Below are positions 31,601-40,028 of a stretch of DNA of 64,000 bases, one piece after another. The DNA is from Planctomycetota bacterium. GTDB lineage: Bacteria; Planctomycetota; UBA8108; SXIK01. Both the position numbers and the translations under genes were made by a program. The stretch covers positions 2,208,001 through 2,272,000 of the forward strand of contig OZ244999.1 in NCBI GenBank assembly GCA_965223265.1, read 5' to 3'. The notes below the pieces were generated by a model. That model ran no database searches. It had not been told where the DNA came from and saw only the letters and a program-made list of their open reading frames with translations. Positions within the stretch are counted from its first letter, which is position 1; every line of letters begins with the position of its first letter.

Positions 31601-34600
31601 GCGGCGCAAGCGCTGAGTTCATCGCCGACGCCGAGGCGCATCGAATCATCGTCTCTGGTCCTCACGCTCACCTCGAACGCGTTGCCGAGCTTCTGTCGCG
31701 GCTGCGGGCAGAGACTGCGCCTGACGCCGAGCGTGAGCTACAGGTCGTGGAGCTTGATGCCGCTGACGCCGACTCCGCCGTACCGCTCGTTCTGGAGTTG
31801 CTGCGAGACCTGATGCAGAACCGGCGCGGACCGGGATACCGTGTACAGGCACGAATTGTTCCGGACGGCGCGAGTAATCGTCTGCTCGTCACGGCGCCGG
31901 AGCACGAGCTCGCCGAGATACGCAAAATCGCTGCCTCGCTCGACGCTGAGCGTGACGACCCGGAGCCTGAAACGCGTGTCTACGATCTTGAGACAGCGAT
32001 CGCCTCGAGCTTGGCGGAGACCGTGCGGCGGCTGTACGAAGAACGCTCCGCAGCACGAGGCGCGAAACGCGTCGGACAGGTCATGATTCTCTCGGACGAG
32101 GCGACGAACCGTTTGGTGGTCACTGCACCTGCCGACGAATACACGGTCATCGAGGAGATCATCGAGCGCCTCGATGCAGTCAGCAAACGAAGCGCCGGCA
32201 CGCGTATCTTCAAGCTGAAAACCGCCGATGCGCAGCAACTCGCGACGATTCTCTCCAGCTCGCTCACTCGACGCGTTGGCAACCGCCAAATCCCGCGTGT
32301 CAGCATTGGCGCCGATCGCAAGACGAACACTTTGATCATTTCGGGTGAGCCCGACGATCTGCAGGCGGCAGCGTTGATCGTCGAAGAGTTCGAGGGAATG
32401 GACTCCGAGGCACCCGCACTCTTGCGAGTCTATGAAGTCAAAGAGGTCGACGCCGGCAAACTGCGTTCGGATTTGGAGAGACTCTACCGCCGGCAGGCCG
32501 AGAATACCCCGAATCTCGGAACGGATGCACTCTTCCATGCTGACTCGGCGACCAACCGGCTGTTCATCATCGCTACGCAGGAGGAGCTTGTACGGATCCA
32601 CGAACTGATCGGACAGCTTGACGTCGACCAGGGACCGGACACGCGCCAGCTGCGCGTTTTTACCGTGAGTCGTACATCTGCGGCGTCAGTGTCAGCAATT
32701 CTGCAGCAGTTTTTTGTCGAACGCGCGCAGGGCAGCCACGCCGAACGCGTCCGCGTCTCGGCGTCGCCGGACGACCGCACGATCGTCGTCAACGCCCCAG
32801 CCGCGATACTCGAGCGCATAGAATCGCTTGTGACCGACCTCGACGGAGAAGGGCGATCGGATCAGCTTGTCTACCGGTCGTACCAACTAAGCGACGGCGA
32901 TGCGTCCATCCTCGCCCCGAAACTTGAGCGACTTTTTGCTCAGGAGCTTCAGACACCGACGACAGAGCCGCAGGCACGCTTCGAGGCTGACGTGACTCTG
33001 AATCGTTTACTTGTCGCGGCGAGGGTCGATGAGCTCCCAGAAATCGACCGTTTGGTGAACGAGTTGACCTCGAACGCGCAGCTCTCGTCTCAGGTGCAGA
33101 CGATTCTCCTGCGGGAGAGTAGCGCCACCCAAGTCGTCTCCGTTTTGAAGGAGCTTTTGGCCACTGAGAACAAAGAGCCTGAAGGTGCCCAGGCGCTCAG
33201 GGTCTCAGCCGCTCCAGCGCTCAATGCCGTCGTCGTGCATGGATTACCGCAGCGTATGGCGTTCGCGCGGGAGCTCATCAAGAGCCTCGATCGAGTGCCG
33301 GAAGGCGGCAAAGCCGTTGTGCAAACCGTCAAGCTCAACAGTGCCGAGGCTGTCGGTCTGGCTGCCGCGGTGTCGCAGGCTATCGAGGCACGCGGCTTGA
33401 GCGACCGCACGCGTCGCGTGCGCGTCACCGCAGAGCCGAACTCGAACAGCATCCTGATCGATGGGCCACGCGACGAGGTCAACGAGGTCATAAGAATCAT
33501 CCGAGAACTCGATTCGAGTGCGCGCGGCGGCGGCATCGACGTGCGGATCTACAAGCTTGAAAACGGTCAAGTGCGTGAGGTCTCAGCGACGATGCGGACG
33601 ATGCTCGATCAGATCATTCAGCAGCAGGTGCAGCGTAACCCGGGCATGCCGCGACCACCGTTCGTCGTCTCGGTCGACGAGCGCACCGAGACACTCATCG
33701 TGTACACCACTCCACGGCATTTTCCGATCGTCGAGCAGCTTCTCACGAACCTCGACAAGGCCCCGGAGCGCTCGGCGCGCACCGTTCACTACGTCGCGCT
33801 GGAGAATATCGATGCTCTTCGTGCCGTGCGACAGCTCGAAGCTCTCTATCTCAATCAGAGCTCCGGCGAACGTCCCGTGATCGAAGCCGACTCGCTCGAC
33901 AACTCCCTCACGATCATCGCGAAGACAGCGGATTTGGACGCGATCATCGATCTCGTCGAGCAGCTTGACGCCGCGGCGCCATCGAGTGAGATTCAAGTTC
34001 GTGTCGTACCGCTTGTACAGATGCCGGCGGACCAGATGGCGAGCATGCTCATCAGTCTCTACTCGCAGATGACTGAGAGCGAAGTGCAGCTAAGCGAGAG
34101 ATTGCCGCCCCGTGGAGGAGACGGAGTCTCCCGTGCCACAGACGGACCCACCGGGGCGCCGCCAGTGTCGCCGAGATCGTCCGAACCGTCGGTCACAAAC
34201 GGCGCCGACGAGGCAACTGGAGGAGCAAAAAAAAAAGAGGCTCCCGAAGATACGAACACCGGCAGGGACGGCGGATCTCAGGGGCGTGGAGCTGACACTG
34301 GTCGTGGCGAGTCAGGGGCCGGAAGTGCGGCGCCTGGAGAGCCGGCGGCGGGCACGGAGAAGCAGTCAGGCGACTTGGCGCCACCGTCCGATCCTGCTCG
34401 TCCGGGGGTGACAGAGGCACCCTTGGCTCCGGCGGATAGCACAGCGGATGACCGCGATCCGACGAGCGGGGATGCACCACCGACCGGGGCACGCCGAGGC
34501 GACGATGCGAGGCAAGAGGAGGCAGAGACGCCCAGCCACGCCAAAGTGTTTCTCGCGGTCGACAAGAGTGCCAATGCGATCCTCCTTTCCGGCCCGAGGC

Positions 34601-37600
34601 TGGAGCTCGACGTCATCGAGGAGCTCATCGAGGATTTGTCGTTCAACTTCGTCACCGGAGACGCCGAGTTCCGGTTCTTTCGAATCAAGCATGGCAACCC
34701 GACAGCGATCGCGACCGCTCTGGACAACCTCTTCAATTCGAAAACGCCGCGCGTGATCGATCCACGCGGCTTCGTTCAGTTGCCGCCGCCGGTGATTCAG
34801 ATCGCTACAGACCGTCGCCTTCGCAGTGTGATCGTGCGGGCTACGCCTGCAGACTTCACGTTGATTGAATCGATTATCGAGCAGCTCGACAGCGAGGGGG
34901 CGATGTCTGAGCTGAGGTTTCGGTCGTTTCCTCTGCAGCACGCTGACCTTGATGAGATCTTCCCTACGGTTCAGCAGCTCGCCGAGGAGCTTCAAGCCGA
35001 GAACCCTGGCGAGCCGGTGCGACTGGCGATGGACACGAGATCCGGGGCGATCGTGATTGCCTCGAGACCTCAGATCATCCTTCAATTCGAGCGCTTGATT
35101 CAGACAATCGACCGACCATCGACCTACTCCGCCGCCGAAGTTCTGCTCGTGCCTTTGCGTCAAGCCGATGCTGGCGCCGTCGCCGCCGTTTTGCAGCGCA
35201 TGCTGCAGCCCAGTCCGGGGGCGACCGCGACTCCAGCGGCGCGTGCTCTCCAGGAGCAGGTGCGCCAGTTGAGGATTCGTGACTCCGAGGGCGTGCCTGT
35301 GCTGCTTGATCTCTCGGAGCCGATCAAGATCATGGCCGATTCTGCCGCCGGCCAACCCGGTGGCAATCGACTGATCATCACTTCAACGCCTGGAAATCTG
35401 CGGGCTCTTGAGGCGGTCGTGCAGCTCCTCGACACTGTACCGATCGTCGACGGTGTGAGCGTTCGCCTGGTCAAGCTCAAGCGAGCCGATGCCAACACCG
35501 TTAGCCAGATCGTTCGTGACGTATTCCAACAGGGAGTGCGACTCGGTCTCGGCAGCGCGGGGCCGGGACAACCGGAGTCAGAAGCTGGCCGTGCGTTGAC
35601 GCGTCCGCTGAACGTTTCTGCTGATCGCCGGACCAACACGTTGGTGCTGAGCGGGCATCACGCTGCAGTCGCGCTCGCCTTAGGACTCATCGACGACATG
35701 GACCAGGCTGGGGATCTTTTCTTGACAGAGGTGAAGCTCTTTCCGCTGCGCTACAACTCGGCGCAGCGTCTTTTGCCGCTTCTGCGCTCGGTGTTCTCAG
35801 AGTCTGGTGCCACGCCTGGATCCGAAGGTGTCAGCACCCAGGTCACGCGTCTGCGGACTACCATGCCACAGCTTGAGCCCAAGACGACGGAAGTCGCAAA
35901 GGCGCGCGCACCCCTCACGATTCAAGCCGATGGCGCATCGAATACATTGATCGTTGCAGCGCGTTCGGACAGCATGCCGCTCATCGCCGACATCATCGCG
36001 ACGCTCGATATCCCGGCCGCTGCTCGCTTCGAAAACGTCCGCATTTTTCCTCTGGTGAACGCCAGGGCCCGCGACCTGCAGCAAATGTTGAGCGATCTCG
36101 TGCGGACCTCGACGGTGAGTCCTGCAGATCGACCATCAATCAGTGTCGACCTGCGAACGAACGCACTCGTTGTGGCCGCCTCGGAGCAAGGATTGGTCGT
36201 CATCAGACGGCTTGTCGAAGAGCTGGATCGAGAAGTGGTGGACGGCGTGGAAATGGTGGCGCTGCCTTTGAAGTACAACGATGCGCTTCAGGTCGCGGCC
36301 TCGCTGCGACAACTTTTCAACACGCGCCGCCGCGCGGTGACGCTCGGGGGTGGGCAGGCAGACCCTCGTGATCGAGTGGACGTCCGCGCCGATCGCTTCA
36401 CCAACTCACTTCTCGTCGTCGGCACGAGCGAGAACATCGAGCTTGTCCGGCAGATGCTACTGGATCTCGACGCCGAACCAACGGCCGAAGGGGGCGTGCT
36501 GCACATCTTTGTTCTTCAGCACGCAGACGCGCAGCGCGCAGCGACGATGCTCCGCAATCTGATCCGCCAGGGGCTTTATCGTCCAGGGGCCACATCCGGC
36601 GGCGCACAGGCGACGCGGGAACGTATGGCCGTCACGATCGACCCGCGCGTCAACGCGCTCATCGTTTCTGCTAGTCCCGAAAACTTGGCGATCGTCAAAC
36701 AGCTTGTCGGCCAGATCGACCGTGAGGAGTTTGCCGGTGTTGCTGGAGTCAGGCTCTTCAAGCTCAACCATGCATCCTCCGCTCGATTGGCTCCGATTCT
36801 GCAGCAGTTCTTTACGGCGCGGCGAACAGGCGAGGCGACGGTCGGCGATCCAGAGCGGCTCGTGCCCGTTTTCTTCATGGCCGACAGTCGGACGAATACG
36901 CTGCTTGTGGCCGGCAGCCAAGAGAGCTTTGCCGCGATCGAGCGTATGGTGAAAAAACTCGATGTGCCGGATGTCAGAAGCAACGAGATCTTTCAGGTCT
37001 TTCATCTTCGCCAATCGAGTGCGACGCAGCTGCGCGACACGCTGGACAAGCTCTTCCTCAATCGGCCAGCCGTCCTCGGCAACGTTCCCGTGCAGCCGAT
37101 CACAATTGTTGTCGACACGTGGGCGAACGCTCTGATTGTGCGCGCGTCGGTCGATGACATGGAGATGGTGGCGTCGCTCGTCGAGCGTCTTGATATCGAG
37201 CTCACATCGAGCGGTACGAAAGTCCAAGTGATCTCTCTCGAGAAGGCCAACGCTCAGAGCGTCGCGACGACGATTCGCTCACTCTACGCCTCGGGCGGCG
37301 ACAGCGCACCGGTAGCCATCAGTGTGGACGAGCGACTCAACGCCCTTGTGATTTCTGCCGGAGAAACCGATCAGAAGCGTATCGAAGATCTTGTCCAGAA
37401 GCTCGATTCCGGATCGGTTGCAAACGTCAGCGAGATTCGCGTCTTCACTCTTGAATTCGCCGATTCGGTGCAAGTGGCAGCGCTTCTTTCTGACGTCCTC
37501 ACGAACGCACCGATCAATGACCTCAACACCAATCGCCAGACGCTTCTTCAGTTCATCTCGCAAACGGAAGACGGGGAAGAATTGATCGCTTCGGCGCTGC

Positions 37601-39279
37601 AAGAGGGCGTCGTCGTGCTTCCGGATACGCGTACGAATTCGCTTTTGGTTTCGACTCCAGTCGATAGTTTGCCACTTCTCGAACAGCTTGTGCACAGGCT
37701 CGACAGCAGTACGCCGCCGCTCGCCGCGATCAAGGTGTTCACCCTCAAGAATGCCGATGCGCGTCAGATGGCAGAGCTCCTTTTGGACATCTTTCGCTTG
37801 CGTGAACCGGGTGCGAGTGCAGCTCGGTCGATTCGCTATAGCCTTGATCGACGCGGTGGTCAGGACGAAGGCGAGCCAGATGCAGAAGGAATGCAACCGT
37901 TTGAGTCCGCTGATGACTTGGGTGTCGCGACCATCGGTTCGGCAGAGCAGGCTTCGCTTACGGTTACCGTCGACGTTCGCACCAATAGCATTCTGGTCGG
38001 CGGCAGCGAACAGTATGTCGCCTTCGCCGGGGAAATTATCGAAGAGCTGGATTCCAGTCCAGCGCGTGAGCGACGGACGCAGGTCTATCGCCTGCGTAAC
38101 GCTCAAGCGGAGAGTATACAGACTGCGCTGACGAGTTTTCTTGAGCAGAGCCGTCAGCGCATTACCGAAGCGCTCGGTGTCGAGGCTCTCGGGTCGGCAG
38201 AGCGGCAGCTCGAGGAAGAAGTCGCCATCGTCGCAGAGCCTGTCAGCAACACATTGCTCTTGTCGGCGAGCCCTCGATTTTTCGACGAAATCTACGACAT
38301 GATCGAGGAACTGGATCAGCCAGTGCCACAGGTACTCATCCAGGTGCTGCTCGCCGAAGTGACGCTCGACAGCACGAACGATCTCGGGATCGAATGGATC
38401 ACCTCGGGTGACATCGACGGCACTCCGTTCGAGAGCTCGACCGACTTCGGGGTGCCCCAAGACCTGGACACCGCCGGCGGTCTTGCGGCGTCGATCACAG
38501 GCGGCGACGTGCGGTTCCTGCTCCGTGCTTTGCAGACGGACGGGCGACTCGAAGTGCTGAGTCGTCCCCAGATCCTCGCGACCGACAACCAGCAAGCCGA
38601 GATCAACATCGGGCAAAACGTCCCTCAGATTACAGGCAGTCAGTCGACGGAGCTAGGCAGCGTCAACAACCTCGTCGAGTATCGAAACGTCGGTGTCATT
38701 CTGCGTGTCACGCCGCGGATTTCACCCGACGGTTTCGTCAAGATGGACGTCGAGCCGGAAATCAGCTCCCTCAGTAGTTCGTCGGTCGATTTTGGTACTG
38801 GTGTGACCGCTCCCATTTTCAACGAGCGCAGCGCGACGACAACGGTGAGCGTGCAAAACGGTCACACCATCATCATCGGTGGCCTCATCAGCACCTCGGA
38901 CGATGAGCGAGAGCGCAAGGTCCCGATTCTTGGTGACATTCCTTTCCTGGGGGCGGCATTCCGTAGCCGCAAAATGGAGAAGAGACGGACCGAGCTGCTC
39001 ATTATTTTGACGCCGCACGTGCTCGTCAATGTGGCAGAAGCGGATCGCATTACCGACGACAACATACAAAAATCAGGAATCCAAGGGCAGGAGAAGCGCG
39101 ATGAGATGCAGAAGGCGCTTCTTGACGAGCTGTACGACCTGAACCGACAGCGCGAGCTCGAGGTGAACCAGCCGCACGACGATGTGTCTCCCTTCGTACC
39201 TGGCTCCGAAGACGAGGAGCTGCGGCCGCTTGAGCCGACCCCGGAAGGGCTCGACATCTCACCATTCGTCGACGCGTGA
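25696..39279 (+). CDS. gspD: Giant secretin (GspD-like), 4527 aa: signal peptide, N0, about 49 Secretin_N repeats, C-terminal secretin domain
   Basis: N0 (IRFQFSG...LNVIL); repeated R-v-f-x-L...D-x-x-x-N-x-L-I-V-x-g...I-x-x-L-D units; C-domain PQVLIQVLLAEV, LSRPQILATDN, VGVILRVTPRI, IIIGGL, KVPILGDIPFLG, TELLIILTPHV. Confidence 0.93.
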   Translation: MSLRRTVCLLCVLLLTTRTPFADETGGDSQPKKPTGDTSAGEAANSAAPTSPEKHSDAANETAAEKDASKSERNIRFQFSGIPYADAVRRFADMAGKPLVGEVKIDGLLTFADEQAYTYDEALDTLNVILAMKGHVLVEAGRYLRLTTKDELPQLPLEILYGTKRTGDKRPGQLVTVVFRLKHLDANETAVAASKMLSGAGSVSPLQRGRGLVVTDALSTIQRIEELILELDVEQQGTRSLKTFRLVNSSGAVLGEMIQRTLGSETAPREARFVNNKWEVAPPDPELFVTVTYDEPTQTLVVFGPRDLLKLAEELVTRFEKEGGDEGELRVYTPRVLKAETLAPMIRQAVPGIAGESDSAAQASNKARLIVDAQSNRLIISARVGEQMQRIEEFLRVVDRHEREAKSDKDDDGDGGPQSRVLPIATASSAGVMEILRSATTERDRDGNVLQRLHVAFDAETKALIVSGSKHYVELAQRLVQQLNDAATSTSPRQMRYLDLTGKVAAADLPSTVTLLQQLVRQQLGTGAGDAGSVTMTPAPNRAGIIVTASSEHLTTVESTLAGLLETAPKREARSLRAIVLRHARVDDVMSTLQKLTDDAARDRWPVSPPSLVADSRGNRILVTGTMEQLEAVAKLTAELDHAPVRTSRTVRRVAVRSHRPSELKPLLDAFLRQEFSGRGAKHPLPEVFVDDVGRRLIVLAESDDHAPIEAMIGELDAKEVQVRTTRALDLKARRAAEILPLVKKLYDAQVGQGGDGRAPSLDASGDGKRLLVTGTDEEIQRIESIVRALDVAERPEIERQTRAIPVIAREVDAFRSLVEQLYTAQRRGQRPPPGGATTIVADPKSRRLLVTGAAEEIALVESIARQLDPHEGKSERPETRVYKIGTANATELVGLLEQTLNQDPARPAARVLADAPSNRLIITAPPSVLDTAAAVIEELDQKFDQQPRELRIVELDVGDADETAALVTQLHGERMRSLRGGRYQPRAKILGDRSTNRLILTAGSDEMKVLDEIVSQLNRVDRKEEDSRVFRLEHVRAEQIADVVATAMTTYDDRRRPVERVRVAPDAATNSLVISGKTSDLELVASVVQQLDRADSRGKVGVRVVEVDSDRAASVAAMAERVWGEQNRDAQGADALAVTSRGGRVVIAGPQNVLGPVASLVEEIGAQVTSAPRRLRMVKLENGLIAADALPLLKQSYDAETRGTANGDATFRVDAAGNRLLVIASDAEFEIIGEILATLGEGIRTAERKTRMFEFAGATELTRVAPLVRQLYEQELKGSAELGPPEAQFIEDSRGARLIVTASEPHLERVASIISRLDAEEGSSAQRRRETRTFSFTTDAELRQTQDLAQKLYAAELEGQRPPAGGEATFTVDAADRRLLVTGSSSELDRVEAIFAQLRRDAARDPRRTTKSLEVHAERVGDVLELLRTVYQAQLAGGDTPVGGPATIVADAKNRRLLVTGDDIELAKIEALLRQLDPADAERQGIGTRILRVRSVAAADVFGLVEKALNGDREVPLVRLQLDRESNSIVATGTESALKLTAEIVSELDDDPRSGPRELKVIELEVGDADSMTTTLKRLHEEALRSQFGLNYRSRASFIADAANNRVIVTAPRDEMEAIDRFAEQLNRVSRKQEDSVVIPLKHGQASRLAEIVLRAMTVYDRRNRPIERVRVAADDASNSLVVSGATADLEAVKAFIAELDSPLQRPPLSLRILRLARPHADQVASLVQRVASEHQASVGRDAVISVQPSADRRRVIVVAPKAEMEQIAGLVVEFDKASFDTPKELYVEELTHARAQEIAPLVQRAYDDQELGADHGAVIRADALLNRLLVLTHASQIDRVRQIIAKLDVTSDEDRETRFFRLRDVDELGQLHVLAERLYREEMKGNGPRNQADAQFIRDDTNVRLIVTARASHIEKIAEILDRLRTGSDRDPRQESQIFALADSSEVSRLLPLLQRLYRQEFEHQPGGASAEFIADAEAHRIIVSGPHAHLERVAELLSRLRAETAPDAERELQVVELDAADADSAVPLVLELLRDLMQNRRGPGYRVQARIVPDGASNRLLVTAPEHELAEIRKIAASLDAERDDPEPETRVYDLETAIASSLAETVRRLYEERSAARGAKRVGQVMILSDEATNRLVVTAPADEYTVIEEIIERLDAVSKRSAGTRIFKLKTADAQQLATILSSSLTRRVGNRQIPRVSIGADRKTNTLIISGEPDDLQAAALIVEEFEGMDSEAPALLRVYEVKEVDAGKLRSDLERLYRRQAENTPNLGTDALFHADSATNRLFIIATQEELVRIHELIGQLDVDQGPDTRQLRVFTVSRTSAASVSAILQQFFVERAQGSHAERVRVSASPDDRTIVVNAPAAILERIESLVTDLDGEGRSDQLVYRSYQLSDGDASILAPKLERLFAQELQTPTTEPQARFEADVTLNRLLVAARVDELPEIDRLVNELTSNAQLSSQVQTILLRESSATQVVSVLKELLATENKEPEGAQALRVSAAPALNAVVVHGLPQRMAFARELIKSLDRVPEGGKAVVQTVKLNSAEAVGLAAAVSQAIEARGLSDRTRRVRVTAEPNSNSILIDGPRDEVNEVIRIIRELDSSARGGGIDVRIYKLENGQVREVSATMRTMLDQIIQQQVQRNPGMPRPPFVVSVDERTETLIVYTTPRHFPIVEQLLTNLDKAPERSARTVHYVALENIDALRAVRQLEALYLNQSSGERPVIEADSLDNSLTIIAKTADLDAIIDLVEQLDAAAPSSEIQVRVVPLVQMPADQMASMLISLYSQMTESEVQLSERLPPRGGDGVSRATDGPTGAPPVSPRSSEPSVTNGADEATGGAKKKEAPEDTNTGRDGGSQGRGADTGRGESGAGSAAPGEPAAGTEKQSGDLAPPSDPARPGVTEAPLAPADSTADDRDPTSGDAPPTGARRGDDARQEEAETPSHAKVFLAVDKSANAILLSGPRLELDVIEELIEDLSFNFVTGDAEFRFFRIKHGNPTAIATALDNLFNSKTPRVIDPRGFVQLPPPVIQIATDRRLRSVIVRATPADFTLIESIIEQLDSEGAMSELRFRSFPLQHADLDEIFPTVQQLAEELQAENPGEPVRLAMDTRSGAIVIASRPQIILQFERLIQTIDRPSTYSAAEVLLVPLRQADAGAVAAVLQRMLQPSPGATATPAARALQEQVRQLRIRDSEGVPVLLDLSEPIKIMADSAAGQPGGNRLIITSTPGNLRALEAVVQLLDTVPIVDGVSVRLVKLKRADANTVSQIVRDVFQQGVRLGLGSAGPGQPESEAGRALTRPLNVSADRRTNTLVLSGHHAAVALALGLIDDMDQAGDLFLTEVKLFPLRYNSAQRLLPLLRSVFSESGATPGSEGVSTQVTRLRTTMPQLEPKTTEVAKARAPLTIQADGASNTLIVAARSDSMPLIADIIATLDIPAAARFENVRIFPLVNARARDLQQMLSDLVRTSTVSPADRPSISVDLRTNALVVAASEQGLVVIRRLVEELDREVVDGVEMVALPLKYNDALQVAASLRQLFNTRRRAVTLGGGQADPRDRVDVRADRFTNSLLVVGTSENIELVRQMLLDLDAEPTAEGGVLHIFVLQHADAQRAATMLRNLIRQGLYRPGATSGGAQATRERMAVTIDPRVNALIVSASPENLAIVKQLVGQIDREEFAGVAGVRLFKLNHASSARLAPILQQFFTARRTGEATVGDPERLVPVFFMADSRTNTLLVAGSQESFAAIERMVKKLDVPDVRSNEIFQVFHLRQSSATQLRDTLDKLFLNRPAVLGNVPVQPITIVVDTWANALIVRASVDDMEMVASLVERLDIELTSSGTKVQVISLEKANAQSVATTIRSLYASGGDSAPVAISVDERLNALVISAGETDQKRIEDLVQKLDSGSVANVSEIRVFTLEFADSVQVAALLSDVLTNAPINDLNTNRQTLLQFISQTEDGEELIASALQEGVVVLPDTRTNSLLVSTPVDSLPLLEQLVHRLDSSTPPLAAIKVFTLKNADARQMAELLLDIFRLREPGASAARSIRYSLDRRGGQDEGEPDAEGMQPFESADDLGVATIGSAEQASLTVTVDVRTNSILVGGSEQYVAFAGEIIEELDSSPARERRTQVYRLRNAQAESIQTALTSFLEQSRQRITEALGVEALGSAERQLEEEVAIVAEPVSNTLLLSASPRFFDEIYDMIEELDQPVPQVLIQVLLAEVTLDSTNDLGIEWITSGDIDGTPFESSTDFGVPQDLDTAGGLAASITGGDVRFLLRALQTDGRLEVLSRPQILATDNQQAEINIGQNVPQITGSQSTELGSVNNLVEYRNVGVILRVTPRISPDGFVKMDVEPEISSLSSSSVDFGTGVTAPIFNERSATTTVSVQNGHTIIIGGLISTSDDERERKVPILGDIPFLGAAFRSRKMEKRRTELLIILTPHVLVNVAEADRITDDNIQKSGIQGQEKRDEMQKALLDELYDLNRQRELEVNQPHDDVSPFVPGSEDEELRPLEPTPEGLDISPFVDA

Positions 39280-39294
39280 CGACGATTGATCTAG

Positions 39295-39472
39295 CAGCCT
39301 GTTGAAAAAGTGCTTCGAGCCGAAAACTGGTCTCTTCGCGTCCAGATCGGCTGCGGCAAACGGAGGCAATCTTCGGGCCCTCTTTTTTCGATTCTGATGG
39401 CGAGTATTGACGCGGTCGAGCTGGGCGTGAAGAGGCCAGTTTCTTCGGCCGAATGACTTTTTCAACGGGCTG
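39295..39472. repeat. MITE family 1, copy C
   Basis: Near-identical to copy B with a longer loop; CTAG on both sides (39291..39294, 39473..39476). Confidence 0.85.
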
Positions 39473-39477
39473 CTAGC

Positions 39478-39724
39478 CTCGAGTTTGGCCATTTCGCGCC
39501 GGCCTGGCCGGACGAGTTTCGCGGGGATTCAAAGGCCCTTTCAACTTTTTTGTACCTTGAAAGCCCTTGTGCATGTTCAAAAACTCCTGTCCGGCCCTTC
39601 GGGGAACGCCAGGAGCGCCGATGCCCGCGCCCGTCCTCCGCCACGACCCGAGCGGGATCGCGCCCGAGTCGTTCCTTGGCCTCGACGCTCCTGGCGCTGT
39701 CAGGCTCGACGCGAAATGGCCAAA
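39478..39724. repeat. MITE family 2, copy 1 (right IR split by the IS91-like element)
   Basis: Closely similar to 54105..54358; left IR CTCGAGTTTGGCCATTTCGCG; right IR CGCGAAATGGCCAAA continues as CTCGAG at 42250. Confidence 0.85.
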
Positions 39725-40028
39725 TCCTGAGTTCAAGGAGCCTCGCGGCTCCTCGTTGGCCGCAGGAGCGACCGTCGGACGTGATGGGAAACGCTTCGAT
39801 TTGACGGCGAGGTCAGAGGGAGAGGCAGCGGCGATAAGGCTCACGCGAGGGAGCCCCAGGAGCGGAATCAACCGCGTGAACGGTGTCTGCGACGTGCTGA
39901 GCGCACCGAATCTCGCGTTGGCAGTCGCGCTGGTCACTGTGGGAGCAGACCGGGGGCGCCCCGCCGTTGGCATGGCGGGTTTTCGGGCGCAGTGGGTCGT
40001 TCGGTGGGAGAGTGTTCACGGTGTCTTT

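Noticed and set aside
25696-39279. Giant secretin as an assembly artefact of repeat expansion
   Set aside because: Repeat units are strongly diverged at DNA and protein level and the frame is open for 13.6 kb; read support is still worth checking
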